Positions 38,514 to 52,860 of a DNA stretch of 64,000 bases are shown piece after piece (positions within the stretch are counted from its first letter, which is position 1; every line of letters starts with the position of its first letter). The stretch is from Octopus vulgaris (taxonomy: Eukaryota). The notes beneath the pieces were generated by a model. That model was not told the DNA's origin, did not search any database, and worked only from the letters and a program-made list of their open reading frames with translations. The position numbers and the translations under genes were made by a program. The stretch is from positions 24,056,001 through 24,120,000 of the forward strand of contig OX597817.1 of assembly GCA_951406725.2 (NCBI GenBank), read 5' to 3'.

Positions 38514-38735
38514 GTGCGTGTATATGTTTGTGTGTCTGTGTTTGTCCCTGCAACATCGCTTGGCAACTGATGCTGGTGTGTTTACATCCCCGTAACTCAG
38601 TGGTTTGGCAAAAGAGACCGATAGAATAAGTACTAGGCTTACAAAGAATAAGTCCTGGAGTCTATTTGCTTGACTAAAGGTGGTGCTCCAGCATGGCCAC
38701 AGTCAAATGACTGAAACAAGTAAAAGAGTAAAGAG
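38291..38735 (+). mobile_element. SINE family A
   Basis: Family consensus; the tail runs into (AG)n. Confidence 0.9.
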
Positions 38736-39114
38736 AGAGAGAGAGAGAGAGAGTCTTATTCCATCATCTAGTTTAACACCACCACTTACTACCTTTAATA
38801 TAGGTCACTCTGGCGCAAGCATTTGGGTCAAATCCCTTGATGGAAGATTATTTCTGCTACTGGTTTCGAAGGTCCTATGAAAAAGAAGGGTCATGAGCAC
38901 TGCTGGTCCATCCTTGACTAAATGATAAAAAAAAGGGATTCTAACCATATTCTGATCTAATTCAAATTCCTCCTTTTTGAAGGATGTTTTAATGTTTTAC
39001 ATACAGCTGGTATTCCAGTTTCCTGTCATAAGCTGGTCTTTAAGAGACACTGTTCAGTAGAGAAATGTCTCCTTGTATGCAATGCTCATTTGTCACAAGT
39101 AGCATATTTCAGTG

Positions 39115-39507
39115 TCGTGGAGGCGCAATGGCCCAGTGGTTAGGGCAGCGGACTCGCGGTCATAGGATCGCGGTTTCGATTCCCAGACCGGGCGTTGTGA
39201 GTGTTTATTGAGCGAAAACACCTAAAGCTCCACGAGGCTCCGGCAGGGATGGTTGTGATCCCTGCTGTTCTCTTTCACCACTACTTTCTCTCACTCTTAC
39301 TTCCTGTTTCTGTTGTACCTGTATTTCAAGGGGCCGGCCTTGTCACTCTCTGTGTCACGCTGAATATCCCCGAGAACTACGTTAAGGGTGCACGTGTCTG
39401 TGGAGTGCTCAGCCACTTACACGTTAATTTCACGAGCAGGCTGTTCCGTTGATTCGGATCAACCGGAACCCTCATCGTCGTAACCGACGGAGTGCTTCCA
39501 TCCATCC
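39115..39507 (+). mobile_element. tRNA-derived SINE family C (head X plus tail P)
   Basis: ggaggcgcaatggcccagtggttagggcagcggactcg..ggtttcgattcc, a (tcca)n tail, and a 9-bp TSD atttcagtg at 39106-39114 and 39508-39516. Confidence 0.9.
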
Positions 39508-39719
39508 ATTTCAGTGCTCAACTACCTTTTGGTCACAGCTAGTTTAACTGAAGCACTGTTGAATATAACGTTCTGACTAGAATCATAATTAAATGTATAT
39601 GATTTTAGCTAAAGACCTATTATTAGGTAGTTTTATACCTTTTTCACTCAGCTAACATACCTATACAGTAGTTAAAGGTGCCTTATTATAGTAGAGCCAA
39701 ATTCTTTGCTTTTTGTCTT

Positions 39720-40530
39720 ACTTGCTGGGTGTAGAGAAAAGTGAAATTCATGTTATTAATGCTAACACACATTGCAAGGACATGAGCAGTGAGAGACTTT
39801 CAAAGGACTGACATCTTGGAGCTGGAAGGATTGGGTATTGTGATTAATTCAATATCTGAGATGGGGCAGACACAGGTGGGGTTGGCACAGCATGATGAAT
39901 CAAAGGAGGAAAAACAAGTGGGTTTGGATAGCCTGAATAGAAGTAGAATTAACTCAGTGAGCTCCAAGTTGCAGGGCCAGTTTAGTTATAGTGGAAAAGT
40001 CACCGAGAGAGAGAGGAGACTACCTTCTTGTAGATCAGAGGCTGAAACATGTCTGTGAGTGACTTTATGTCTGTTAGTTGAGTGGCTCTTTTTTAGATGT
40101 GGTCTATGTTTGCAGTGACAGATATGAGAGCAACAATACATTGTGGGCTTCAACTGAGCTTTGTAGAATACCAATGAACATAGTAGGTTGAAATATCTCT
40201 AGGCTTTCGAGGGAACATGCTGTATTTGGGATGCAGTCGTTGCTACATTAAGAATATCCTTCCAGAAGGAGAAATACTTCAGGTTGTGTAATGCTCACGA
40301 TTAGGTGGATATGGTGTAATGTTTTTTTTTGTTATTGTTAGTGTTTGTTTTCTTACTATTGAAAGAGACAAGTTTGGCACATCTCCACTAGAAGATGTCT
40401 TTAAGGTCTCTTTGTTGAAGGACTTAGTGTGGATTTTGCATGTGGTATTAAGGCTGCAGGAAGATGAAGCAGATTCTGGGAAGGTTACAAACAGTTTCTG
40501 TTGGTCTGCTTTATGAGACGAGAAGACAGC
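39720..40530 (-). pseudogene. Decayed CR1/Jockey-group LINE RT C-terminal fragment
   Basis: FYKAQLKPTMYCCSHI (cf. LYKAQVRPxMEYCSHIW), continuing to HRHVSASDL. Confidence 0.7.
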
Positions 40531-41700
40531 AGTAATAAAAGAGTTGGTAGTATTAAATAAATTATATAGATAAAATTTTTTGTATGAAAAATCTACAAAC
40601 TGACATTAGATTTCAGTTAAAGCCCTGTTTGTGCATTTTACAAGTTTTAGGCTTTTGGGAACAGCTCGTGTTTCCTCAAATATCATTCCACTCTCTTACC
40701 AGCTTGTGGCTTTTTATATAAATAAGCAATTGTTATTTCAAAGTTTATGTTATCAATATCAATTACTTAGGTACTAAAAGAATATATATTGGGAAAGAGA
40801 TATGGGTGTTGCTTTAGTCTACCTAGTTCTTTTGCAGACACCAACCACAGCAAATATGGCAGAGTTCACACAGACTATTCAAACAAGTTAGTATTAATGT
40901 ATTTGCTGTAGTAAGCATCAAAAATATTATAACTTTTCAATTAGTAACTTGAAACCAGAGCTTAACATTAAAAAAATTAAAGACCTGTTCAAATATTTAC
41001 ATGACTTCAAAGATCATTGAGTGACAATTCTGAGTGTGTAAAACTATAATCAATGACAGTCAAACCACAATGATTCCATCATATTTTCCAAGCATAGTGT
41101 ACTCCAAACTATATATTCTGTGTCCTTTTTTTGTTTTTGTTTTTTGATGATTTTATGGAGATTAGCAGATGAAAGAACCACATAAAGCACTCACATTAAC
41201 ACTCATATTTTATAAGATGAATCATAACATGAAATCACATGAAGTGAGTCACATGAAGTCCAAAAGTGGGGTTTACTGACATCAAGGGTTGTAAGATAAC
41301 AATTTATATTCTTTTAGAGTTTGTGGAAAAGAGAATATCAAGTAAAATGGTCAATAAAATACATAGACAAGGAGGAAAAGTTCCTTTCATTATACACCCA
41401 CAAGTTCTTTTCGGTAAAAAAAAAAAGTGTTTTTTTATGAAATTGGGGAGGATAATTTCAAAAGATAATATAATGCTAGAAATAGCAATCAGGAGTTAAA
41501 TAGTTTTTACCAAAAATATAAAAATATGTGTTCAAGTAAGGTAAAAATTCTTTGTTACAAATTAATTCTTTCGTGTTTCCACTTGTGTATGCTTATGTAT
41601 TTGATTTCCCTATGAGAAAATTTTTGTGTTCAACTTTTTGTGTTTTTGCTCTACATCATTGAGAGATTGAAAAGGTTTGCACTAATGCATTTTAAGGTAA

Positions 41701-42094
41701 TCTCTCTATGTATAAAGCTGAAGTTGTCTGTGTGTGGCAGGTTTGGTAGCCTTCAACTAACACTATCTCCTCCTGGACCCTGCAGCACAAGTCGACCAAA
41801 GTTGACAGTATGTTAGAAGAAGGCTTGCTCTTCCTTCCGTAGAAGAAAAAAATTCAAATTGGACCATGTTAACACCAAAAATTATTTTCATCAAAAAGGT
41901 GCTTTTTTTCTATGGAAATCTATATTTTTTACAATTTTTTTACTGCTGTGTCGCCATTTTTTCGGTGTATTTCAACCAGAAAAATGTTCACTTAAAGAGA
42001 TTAACAAGTTACATAATGAAAAATTTTTACTTTTCAAAAATTCCAATTCTAAAGGGTCGAAAAAAACCTGAGCAATGCTGGGCAATACTGCTAG
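41701..42094 (+). mobile_element. Non-autonomous Helitron
   Basis: 5' TCTCTCTATGTATAAAG, 3' hairpin cctgagcaatgctggg plus CTAG, inserted between A and T. Confidence 0.8.
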
Positions 42095-42728
42095 TCTACA
42101 ATAAGAGAGAGAAAAAAGAGAGTGAGAGAGAAAGAGAGAGAGAGGGAGAGAGATGGTGGGTTAAAGAGAGTGTGTACACATGTTAATGACACTGGGCATT
42201 AGAACAATTGGCTAGCTCAAAATCTAGCTTCCCTTTGACTTAATCTAACCAAACCATTTCTTTATCAGTTAGCAATGTACTCATCAATGAGAGTTTCTGA
42301 AGCGTCATGCTGACTGACCAGTTTTAGCCAATAGAATGAATTTTGATGACTTTGTCAAGTCCCTTCATCTTCGATACTCATACAAGAAATGATTTTTGCC
42401 AATATGGCTTTTAATGCTTTTGATTACAACTGCAATGGTTGTTTCTTATACTGGTGTATATATATATATATATATCCGAGTTTGACTGGCGAACACAAGA
42501 GAAACAAACAAATGGAAAGCTAATGGTGATGTAATAGTGAGAAGTTCTTCATATTAACATTAGTTTCAAGTATCAAAGATAATTTCATGTATACTCTTTT
42601 TATTTCTAACATGTTCAAAACAATACGAGATTTCAAATGAAAATAATCAAAATATTGTAAATACCACTATGACCAATATCCAAACTACGGTGGAGAAGGT
42701 TAACCACTGGATTTGGTTAATAAGAGAC

Positions 42729-44210
42729 GATTGCATGGAATTTTATTTAGAAGGGCATCTAAGTTCAGGCATTTCATGAGAAGTCAGAATCGCACTCTCA
42801 TCTAAAGGTCAACTGCAATCATATTATTAACTACAGTTCATCATTTATAAACTTAACAATTTCATAAATATATGTCTAACGAGATTAGATTGCATGCTTG
42901 TTACAATGAATACTGAGCTTTATTTGATAACCAGTTGATCTAGCATGCAGGGCCGCATCTCAGTGAGGAGGCGGGCAGTGCGCATTGATGCTGTCGAGAG
43001 GTAGGCCCAAACCAGCGTGCATTCTCTCTTGATGTCCCCATACACTTGCTGGTTTCCGGTATGTGGAGTTCTTGACTGGTAGCACTTGCATGTGCAAGTT
43101 GTTTACAAGACATCGTGTTCAAAACAATACAAGATTTCAAATTAAAATAATCAAAATTTTGTTAATTTATAATTCATTGAAAATTTCAGAAAGAAAATAT
43201 TTTGCTTTAGTTGTGGGCCACATTAAACTTAATATAGTTGTCATTGACATAATTACAGATTTAATATTTATTTACTATGCTGGCATTGATTAGACATGTC
43301 TGCCAAGATGTCATCAGATGAGACCATTCACATCATGTCAGTCATGAGATTCTAAATCCTAGGATATAACCTCACCACTTTTCGTTTGTATCTTTCACTG
43401 CTGCAGGCTTTGTTATTGTTTTCGTTCCTTCTCGAGCCATGCCTGGCTCATAAGGGCCGGTTTCCTGGTTTCTTTGGTGCACAGGTTCCCCATCTGGATG
43501 GGACGCTGGGCCGTCGCAGCTGAGTTGCAAGTTGCAGGAAGAAAGAGTGAGAGAAAGTTGGGGGGAAAGAGTCAGCAGAAGTTCACCATTAACTTCTGCC
43601 GAAGCCACATGGAGCTTAGGTGTTTCACTCATAAACACACACATCACCCGGTCTGAGATTCGAACCTGCAATCCCTAGACTGCGAGTCCGCTGCTCTAAC
43701 CATTAGGCCATGTGCCTCCACGCAGACTTTGTCTTTCCAGTGAACTTGATACAAATAGCAGTTTAATACATAAACAAATAAAGATATACAAAATGATATG
43801 ACTAGAAACTTTAAGAACTTCACCATGTGTTTAAAAAAAAACTATTAAATGTTTGTACTATGTACACCTTCTTTACTCTTTCATATGAATCACAAACTTT
43901 CAAATCAGCTTCAAATTAACTTAATCTAGAAGAGATTGTCTTCCCTGTAAATAGTTAACTACCTGTGGCCACCACATAAGATTTTTGTTTTTTTCCAAAT
44001 ACCTTCAAAAAGAAGAAATTGTTTAAATTTCATTGTAACAAACATGCAATCTAATCTCGTTAGACATATATTTATGAAATTCTTAAGTTTATAAATGATG
44101 AACTTAAGTTAATAATATGATTGCAGATGACCTTTAGATGAGAGTACAACTCTGACTTCTCATGAAATGCCTGAACTTAGATGCCCTTCTAAATAAAATT
44201 CCATGCAATC
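42729..44210. repeat. Inverted repeat, ~180-bp arms (42729-42910 and 44029-44210)
   Basis: gattgcatggaattttatttagaagggc...gttacaatgaa / ttcattgtaac...gcccttctaaataaaattccatgcaatc. Confidence 0.9.
43410..43722 (-). mobile_element. tRNA-derived SINE, head X plus Meta-domain-like body
   Basis: Head shared with 39115. Body gcgacggcccagcgtcccatccag..gaaaccaggaaaccggcc..atgagcca..ggctcg resembles the MetaSINE core. Confidence 0.75.
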
Positions 44211-44515
44211 ATTTTGTCTCAAATTTTAAAATTATCTTCATGTAAACAAACAACATACATTTTGGTATAATGTCCAGAAAATAAATTTTCTTCATAGAAT
44301 TTTCAACTTCGGAATAATCTGATTCATATGAAACTGCAATGAAGAATTTTTTTGGTCTGTTAACAGATTGTCATTTATGCCAGGGGAAAATTATATGAAT
44401 ATATTCCATGTTCTAAAATTTCATTAATTCATACTGTTGGTTCCTTTAAGTCTTGTTATAAAAATAAATAGACAAACACATATATGAATGTAAATATAAA
44501 TGTACACATGGGCAG

Positions 44516-44548
<33 letters not shown>

Positions 44549-44741
44549 AACACAAACACATATATGCAACTGCACAACAAATGGGCTTGAGTGTGTGTGG
44601 AAAATCCAAATATATGTGCACAAAGAGATAATTAATGTACTACGTGTATGTGTGTTTAAACAGAGACAAGCATATAGATATGCATACACACGTACACATA
44701 GACACACGCACATGCACACACATATATGAGAACAAATATAA

Positions 44742-44778
<37 letters not shown>

Positions 44779-45399
44779 AAGTCTTGCCTCTACATGCCAT
44801 ATCCAATAGCATGCTATTGATTTTGATTAAGAATAATAGAAAGAAATAAAAGAGTTTGAATTCGAGGTTGCGTATATGTGTGCATGTGCGTGTCTGTGTA
44901 TTTGTATATGTATGTATTTTGTGTGCAGGTGAGTGTATTTACTGACCTAGGTGTTTTCAAAGTACTTGCTGCTTGTAATGCATTGTGATAGAAGTCTTCC
45001 TCAAGAAGGATTTACAATAACAGCGTGACAGACACATGCAATGTAATTCCTTACTTTTAAATGGATACATTTATCAGGATGGATGGATTGATATATGGCG
45101 ATTTCATTATAAACAGGAAATAATTCCTGTGACACTCAGAAATAAATTAGCTTATGTACATGATATATGAATGAACTTACATGAATCAATCCTTGGAAAT
45201 ATTGACCTAGCATTCACCTTCACCACCGCCAAAATGGTAATAGAACCAAGTGATGTTGAAATTGTGATATACGCTGCATAAGTATACAAGAATGCTTGCA
45301 TGTCTATGAGTATGCAGAAATAGCGACATTAGCATACATATCTTTATACAAACATGTATGTATAAATGTATGTATGTATGTATGTATGTATGTATGAAT

Positions 45400-45690
45400 G
45401 CATCATCATCATCATCATCATCATCATCATTGTCATCGTCGTCGTCGTTGTTTAACGTCCTAGTTTTCCCTGCTAGCATGGGTTGGACGTTTTGACTGGG
45501 GTCTGGGAAACCAGGAGGATGCACCAGGCTCCATTCTGATCTGGCAGTGTTTCTACAACTGGATGCCCTTCTTAATGCCAACCACTCCGTGAGTGTAGTG
45601 GGTGCTTTATATATGCCACCAGCACAGGTGCCAGGGGAAGCTGGCAGTGGCCATGATCGGTTAGTGCTTTTTTATGTGCCACCGGCATGG
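45400..45690 (-). mobile_element. SINE/LINE-tail family D with (GAT)n tail
   Basis: Minus-strand ggcattaagaagggcatccagttgtagaaac..ccaacccatgctagc..ggacgttaaac, then (GAT)n. Second copy at 52535-52860. Confidence 0.75.
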
Positions 45691-45794
45691 TATGTATATA
45701 TATATATATATATATATGCATGCTTACATACACTCACACACATACATGTATATATATATATTCAAATATGAATTAGAAGTGACTCGAGGTATAT

Positions 45795-46050
45795 AAACTA
45801 AATCAAACACACATGCACAAACAACACACATGCTCAAGGTATGTGTGTTGTTAGTTCGTGGGTCAGCTGTGGTTTTTAGGTGTAAGGGAATATATTCTTT
45901 ATGTACCTGGTGGAAAAAACACCAGAAAGTAAGTCATAGTCAAGTGAGACAACTCACATATATCCCTTCTCAGAGCAACAGACATCAATGTTTCATGATT
46001 ATTGAGACTTTATCAATGCTGCATACTGAACAAGGTCCACTGCAAACCAT
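45795..46050 (-). mobile_element. Penelope-like pLTR copy with degenerate hammerhead (45975-46022)
   Basis: Homologous to 31145-31400. Minus strand reads gcagca-ttgataa..gaaa-cattgatg-tc-tgttgc. Confidence 0.65.
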
Positions 46051-46087
46051 ATTTCTGACTATAACTATATGACTATATATGTATGTG

Positions 46088-46119
<32 letters not shown>

Positions 46120-46154
46120 TGTATGTATGTATGTATGTTTGTATGTATAAGGTT

Positions 46155-46482
46155 TGTGAAGGCACATGGCTTAGTGGTTAGGGGCATTCGGCTCATGATC
46201 GTAAGGTTGGGAGTTCAATTCCCAGTGGTGTGTTGTGTCCTTGAGCAAGACACTTTATTTCACATTGCTTAAGTCCACTCAGCTGGCAAAAATGAGTAGT
46301 ACCTGTATTTCAAAGGGCCAGCCTTGTCACACTTTGTGTCACGCTGAATCTCCCTGAGAACTACGTTAAGGGTACACATGTTTGTGGAGTGCTCAGCGAC
46401 TTACACGTTAATTTCACAAGAAAGCTGTTCCGTTGATCATATCAGCTGGGACTCTCGTCATCGCAACCGACTGAGTGCTCCT
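46155..46482 (+). mobile_element. tRNA-derived SINE, head Y (CORE-like) plus tail P
   Basis: gtgtccttgagcaagacacttt; the 3' half is shared with 39315-39500. Confidence 0.8.
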
Positions 46483-46497
46483 ATTTATGTATAAGTG

Positions 46498-46542
<45 letters not shown>

Positions 46543-46947
46543 TTACATATGTATGTGTGTGAGTGTACATATACATCTATACATACTTGTGAATATGCTG
46601 TCCTCAGGGTTAACATTTGCACAAGCTCCTGTGGAGGCCTGACGAGCATTTACCCTAAAGGAGGGCTGTAAAATTGAATAACCTTCAAAAGGACATCATG
46701 AGATAGAGTCAATGATTCTTTATTAAATTCAACATGCAAAATTTGTCGTGTCAAAACTCCACCTAAATTTCTGGAACCTTAATACCAAAGATTTTTAATG
46801 ATTTGTCCTGTTTCAAACTTCACCCAATCTTATCAATTCAAAACTTTATTGGATCTTTTGTCACATTTTTGCTGGAATCCAAAGATTTTTACCATTCTAA
46901 ATTTCTCTTCTTTTTCAATATGTCATTTTATGTCACTCTCAGACATT

Positions 46948-47382
46948 GTTGGCATCCTTTTTGTCTCGGGAGACAATGGAGTTGCGCATAAAATAGTCTA
47001 GTCCGGCTTTTACATTTCATGTCCTGATACATTTCCTGCTGTGGCTGTGTAGTCCTATCCTGGACAAACACTCTCTCTGGCAGGTACTGCAAATGTAGCG
47101 AAGACTGTTCCTGGCTGGTTGTAATGCCATAGTTTCTTGTTGACGTCTTCTCTTGTCTTTCCATTTCTCCTCTCTCTCTCTGTTACTCCTTTGAATTCCC
47201 TCTTTTACGGTATGTCGCCAATCTCCACGGTTGCCGGCAACTGCTTCCCAACAGCTAATATTGATGTTGCAGGCCTTCATGTCCCTTTTGCAAACATCCT
47301 TGTAACGTAAGAACGGTCTACCCACAGACCTAGTACCCCTAGCAAGCTCTCCGTAGAGTATGTCCTTGGGGATTCTGCCATC
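46948..47382 (-). mobile_element. 5'-truncated RTE (BovB-like) LINE
   Basis: GRIPKDILYGELARGTRSVGRPFLRYKDVCKRD...CSTCQRECLSRIGLHSH, with tail ccattgtctcccgagacaaaaaggatgccaac. A 45-bp TSD lies at 46903-46947 and 47383-47427. Confidence 0.92.
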
Positions 47383-48326
47383 TTCTCTTCTTTTTCAATA
47401 TGTCATTTTATGTCACCCTCAGACATTATTTTACTACATTTGTACCTTGATATTGATATGTACAACTTTTCTCTTCTAATTTCAATGAAAGTATAATTTT
47501 TACCTCTTGTGAATTCGTATTGGGTAAAAAATTATATGAAAGAAAAAAAAATTTGTATCATGAATATAAAAGAACCTTGTCTTCTTGGAGAATGGACTCT
47601 GTCTGAGGAAACTGACTATCTCTTCATATTTCAAGGATTTTTTCAGGAGGGGCAAGGATTTGATCAATAATAATTGGCAAAATTGCTCTCCAATATTTGT
47701 TCTGACTCTTTCCATTTTAAGATTCAAACCTACCAAAAGTCATCTTAACTTTTCCTTTCTACATTTAATGGTATCAATACCAGTTAAGTACTAGGGTTGA
47801 TATAATTGACTGTTCTATCATCTCAAATGTCTTATGTTAATTCCTATTTTAGGAATTAATATTATGTATTCGGAAAAGTGTTAATTGTCAATAGAGACCA
47901 AAAAACAACTTCAGAGGAATAATATCACTTGATTAAAATCATAAAAAGATAGATTATTTTAGATATTACATAAACATTCGTCCATTTTAGCTGTTTGAAT
48001 TTTAATATTTCAGCTAACAAGCAAATGGTGATCATATATTTTAAAACTTGTTGTAATTCAAGCAATTTTTTTGCTACATTTTTTTAAAAAGGACTCCACT
48101 TTTCAGATATATTATAAATAAAATAACTCACTTTATCTGCCAAATGATAGTGTATTAATTATTCTATTTATGTATTGTAAAAATAATGAAACAAAGTATT
48201 TAACAAATTTGATCTATGGTATCACATGAGACAAACTCACAGGACAGGAAGAAGACATTCTGGGAAAAGATTGAGGAAGTTGTTCACACATTGCTACTAA
48301 CTCCCAATCCATAAAACGAAATTATA

Positions 48327-48815
<489 letters not shown>

Positions 48816-49095
48816 ATGTATGGGATAAATTTCATTGTTGTTGTTACTGTTTTTGTTTTTGTTGTTCCAAAGAGGCTCAAAAAAATCTGTTTTGACAAAT
48901 GATGTCATGGAACATTCTGTTAGTATGGAGATAGCAAGTAAGGTCCCTTTGTGTTAGGAACAATGAGCATAAAATGGCAAATTACCCCTTCTAACTGCTC
49001 TACCCCCATCCATATGCAATGAGATCAACATAATCGATTAGTCCCCTCCTCCAAAATTTCAGGCTTTGTGCCTTTAGTAGAAAGGATTATTATTA

Positions 49096-49156
<61 letters not shown>

Positions 49157-49159
<3 letters not shown>

Positions 49160-49375
49160 GGTAACATGCTAGCAAAATTGCTAGCATGTTGGATGAAATG
49201 CTTAGCGGTATTTCACCCCATTATCACATTCTGAGTTCAAATTCTGCCAAGGTCGACTTTGCCTTTCATCTTTTAGGGTTGATAAAATAAGTACCAATCA
49301 AGCTCTGGGATCATTGTAATCGACTTGTCCCCTCTCCCAAAATTGCTGGCCTTATGTCAAAATTTGAAATAATTA
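49157..49375 (+). mobile_element. SINE family B (Nin-like), older subfamily with (ATT)n tail
   Basis: gagttcaaattctgccaaggtcgactttgcctttcatc..gataaaataagtacc. Confidence 0.8.
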
Positions 49376-49394
49376 TTATTATTATTGTTATTTA

Positions 49395-49885
49395 TTTTTA
49401 TGACAGGTTTTGTTGGAACTCTTGGAGTCTTGCATGCATAGCAGACTTGCTACATGCAACCTATGGTATCATGCTATCCATTCTTTTCAACTATGTAATA
49501 CTTTCCTGATTATTCTGGCCATGCCAAGGAGGCAAACCTTTTGTAACAGTTCTACTGGGAACTCTATTTCAATTTCCTTTAAATTCCTCTTGATGCCTTC
49601 TGATACTATCCCCAAGGACCCAACAAAAATTGGCCCTATCTTCACCTGGCTATTTCTATAGCCGGGTTGTAATTATCTGTATTTTTGCCTTCCTTTTTGA
49701 CTATTCGTAGGTCAAAGGGACATACAACATCAACTATATAGCACATGTAGTGCATCTTGTTGACGACAACTAGATCTGGTCTGATAAGCTCTAGCACCTG
49801 ATTTGTTTGGATTAAGAAACCCCAGAGGATTTTGCTAATCTCTGACTCCATCACTTTCTGCAGTTCGTGCTCATACCATACCTCT
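49395..49885 (-). mobile_element. R4/Dong-clade LINE 3' fragment (REL endonuclease) embedded in (AAT)n
   Basis: ILWGFLIQTNQVLELIRPDLVVVNK..IVDVVCPFD..KEGKNTDNY shows a PD-D/ExK-type pattern, followed by LLQKVCLLGMARIIRKVL. Confidence 0.85.
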
Positions 49886-49897
49886 CTCTAGCACCCA

Positions 49898-50293
<396 letters not shown>

Positions 50294-50659
50294 ATAGAGT
50301 TATGTTTATTAATAGGTTGGTGGATTGGCAGACTTGTTTGAGCTTTAGATAAAATGCTCTGCAGGCTTTATCTGGATCATTACATCCTAAATTGAAATCC
50401 TGCTGTGATTCTTTGGAATATATTTGCTAAAATTTTCAGTTACCAGAGGAAACCTTTCTGAATGTAGAAATAAAAAGTATATGCCTATTTTTGCAAACTT
50501 TATCTTATTTACTTACACTTGCAAAATTTTAAAATTCAAAGCAACTATCAGACACAAACATAGTACATGACAAAATTTTAATTAGTAAACAAAGAAAGGC
50601 ACAAAAATAAATTAAAAGCTAAATGAACAAAAGGAAGATAGATTCTTTCTTTTTCTTTT

Positions 50660-51063
50660 TCTTTTATTCTTTTACTTGTATCAGTCATTTGACTGCGGCC
50701 ATGCTGGAGCACTGCCTTTAGTCGAGCAACTCGACCCCGGGACTTATTCTTTTGTAAGCCCAGTACTTATTCTATCGGTCTCTTTTGCCAAACCGCTAAG
50801 TAACGGGGACATAAGCACACCAGCATCGGTTGTCAAGCAATGCTAGGGGACAAACACAGACACACAAATACACACTCGCATACATATATATATATACATA
50901 TATACGACGGGCTTCTTTCAGTTTCTGTCTACCAAATCCACTCACAAGGCTTTGGTCGGCCCGAGGCTATAGTAGAAGACACTTGCCCAAGGTGCCACGC
51001 AGTGGGACTGAACCCACAACCATGTGGTTGGTAGACAAGCTACTTACCGCATAGCCACTCCTG
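50660..51063 (-). mobile_element. SINE family A
   Basis: Reverse complement of the family consensus. Confidence 0.92.
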
Positions 51064-51299
51064 AGTACTTTTAATTAGAAAAATATTCCAAACTGTCCAG
51101 TAAGTAATTTTGAAGCTATTGAAAATAACAGCAACAAGAGAAACACTAGCACAACCAGATATTTTAACTCACATAATGGTTGTGTTAAAGTTCATCTTAC
51201 TTTCATTCTAATACCAAAAAAAAAACAACATAATTTGTAGGCTTAAGACAGTTCTAAAACAAAAGTAAAAAAGTATTCAGGAGAATTTTGCAAAACCAG

Positions 51300-51720
51300 G
51301 TTGTCTTACATCAGCCTGGAGGAACAACCAAAAGTCACAGGGAACAAGGTCAAGACTCTAGGGAGGATGAGAGACAATTTTGATGCCCATCTGTGTTAAA
51401 TTGTTGGTCAACAGGATTAGATTGTGGACTGGTGCATTGTTCTGGAACAGGTGCTACTAACCTGAGTGGAAGAGCTCTGGCTTTTTACGATGAGTCTCTC
51501 TTCTTGAATTCCTTAAAAACCTCCACAATGTACTTTTGTTGACAGTCTGACCTGATGAAACCCAGAAGATGTAGATGATGCCCTTGCTGTTGAAAAAGAG
51601 ACGCATCATGAGCTTCCAGTAGACTTGCTTTGCCTGGCCTTCTTGCATCTGGGGGAGTCAGAATTCTTGCATGGAGCACTCTTCTCTTGGTCTCTAGATC
51701 ATAATTGTAGATCCCTTTTT
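51300..51720 (-). pseudogene. Decayed mariner transposase catalytic region
   Basis: IYNYDLETK, KLMMRLFFNSKGII, GQTVNK, QNNAPVH and SLDLVPCDFWLF. Confidence 0.8.
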
Positions 51721-52534
51721 TGTTTCAGGTTATCAGAGACCCAGATACATTTAATGTAAAATGTTTAATAATGATATATTAAAATTACAATAATCTAGAA
51801 CAGATATAACTGCCTCTCCCTAAAAAGGGACTCAAAACTTCTGGAATGCACCTATAACCTTATGATAGCAACAATAATCACTCAAGGATACCTCAACAGA
51901 TATTCTCTAAAACAAAAAATAATCACAAATGTTATGGCACTGTATGCTGCAATTTTAAAACTGAAGACTCAGCCCAATATACAGGGCAAAGAAATACAGA
52001 AGTGATCATAAAACACTTTGAAAATTATGTGGATTCATAGTTGGCAATCACTTTTGTATAAAAGTTTGGGCAGGTGATTAAAGTAGGGTTGACAATAGAT
52101 GAGACATGTTGCCAGGAACATAAAAATGGATTTCCAAGTTTTAATGTCTCTTGAAGTCCATAAAACCATATTGGAACTGTGCTCAGATGAAGTCATAAAG
52201 ACAAAGAGCATGGGGTTGACGGTACAAGACAAAAAGTTTAGTTGATATATTTGCAGTAGTAAGAACCACTCCAGAGCCTTTTGCTCAGATGAGCTGTACA
52301 GAGTAAGGAAACAAGAAAGAAAAGTAATGGAGACCATCTGGGGCAGAATCAAAGGTTACAAACCCTGGTTTCTAACATACCATCACTTACTTAAAGCTCC
52401 ATAAACAGTGGGGAAATTAATTTTGTACTCAGTTCTAGAAACAAACGAAACATCGCCTAACAGTAGTACAACCTTGTTGTCATGCTATGAAGAGATAATG
52501 TGCACAGAGGAAAGTGCATAAAATACTGAGTGAA

Positions 52535-52589
52535 ATCATCATCATCATCATCATCGTCATCGTCATCATCATCGTCATCATCATCATCG

Positions 52590-52632
<43 letters not shown>

Positions 52633-52860
52633 GTCTGTTTTCCCTGCTCGCATATATTGGACAGTTTGCTATGAGCTGGCCTGCAGGGGAGCTGTCCAGA
52701 CTCCAGTTGTCCATTGTAACATGCTTTCTACAGCAAGATGCCCTTCCTAATGCTAACCAGTGGGCTGGGTGCTGTTTATGAGCCACTAGCATGAGTGCAT
52801 TTATGCAGCACCAGCATGAGTGCATTTATGCAGCACCAGCATGAGTGCATTTTACATGGC
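52535..52860 (-). mobile_element. Family D copy with (GAT)n tail and internal 25-bp tandem repeat
   Basis: Homologous to 45400-45690. agcatgagtgcatttatgcagcacc occurs ~2.7 times at 52787-52855. Confidence 0.7.

Noticed and set aside
39117-39195. tRNA-like sequences with A/B boxes
   Set aside because: These are SINE heads continuous with SINE bodies and TSDs; there is no complete cloverleaf or terminator.
40838-40886. Plus-strand micro-exon candidates (ttttgcag..gttagt here; also 56941-57003)
   Set aside because: They are too short to support from sequence alone, and the 56.9-kb candidate has stops in all three frames.
52457-52825. Poly-Asp/poly-Ser ORFs (also 45207-45581)
   Set aside because: They come from the (GAT)n tail of repeat family D.
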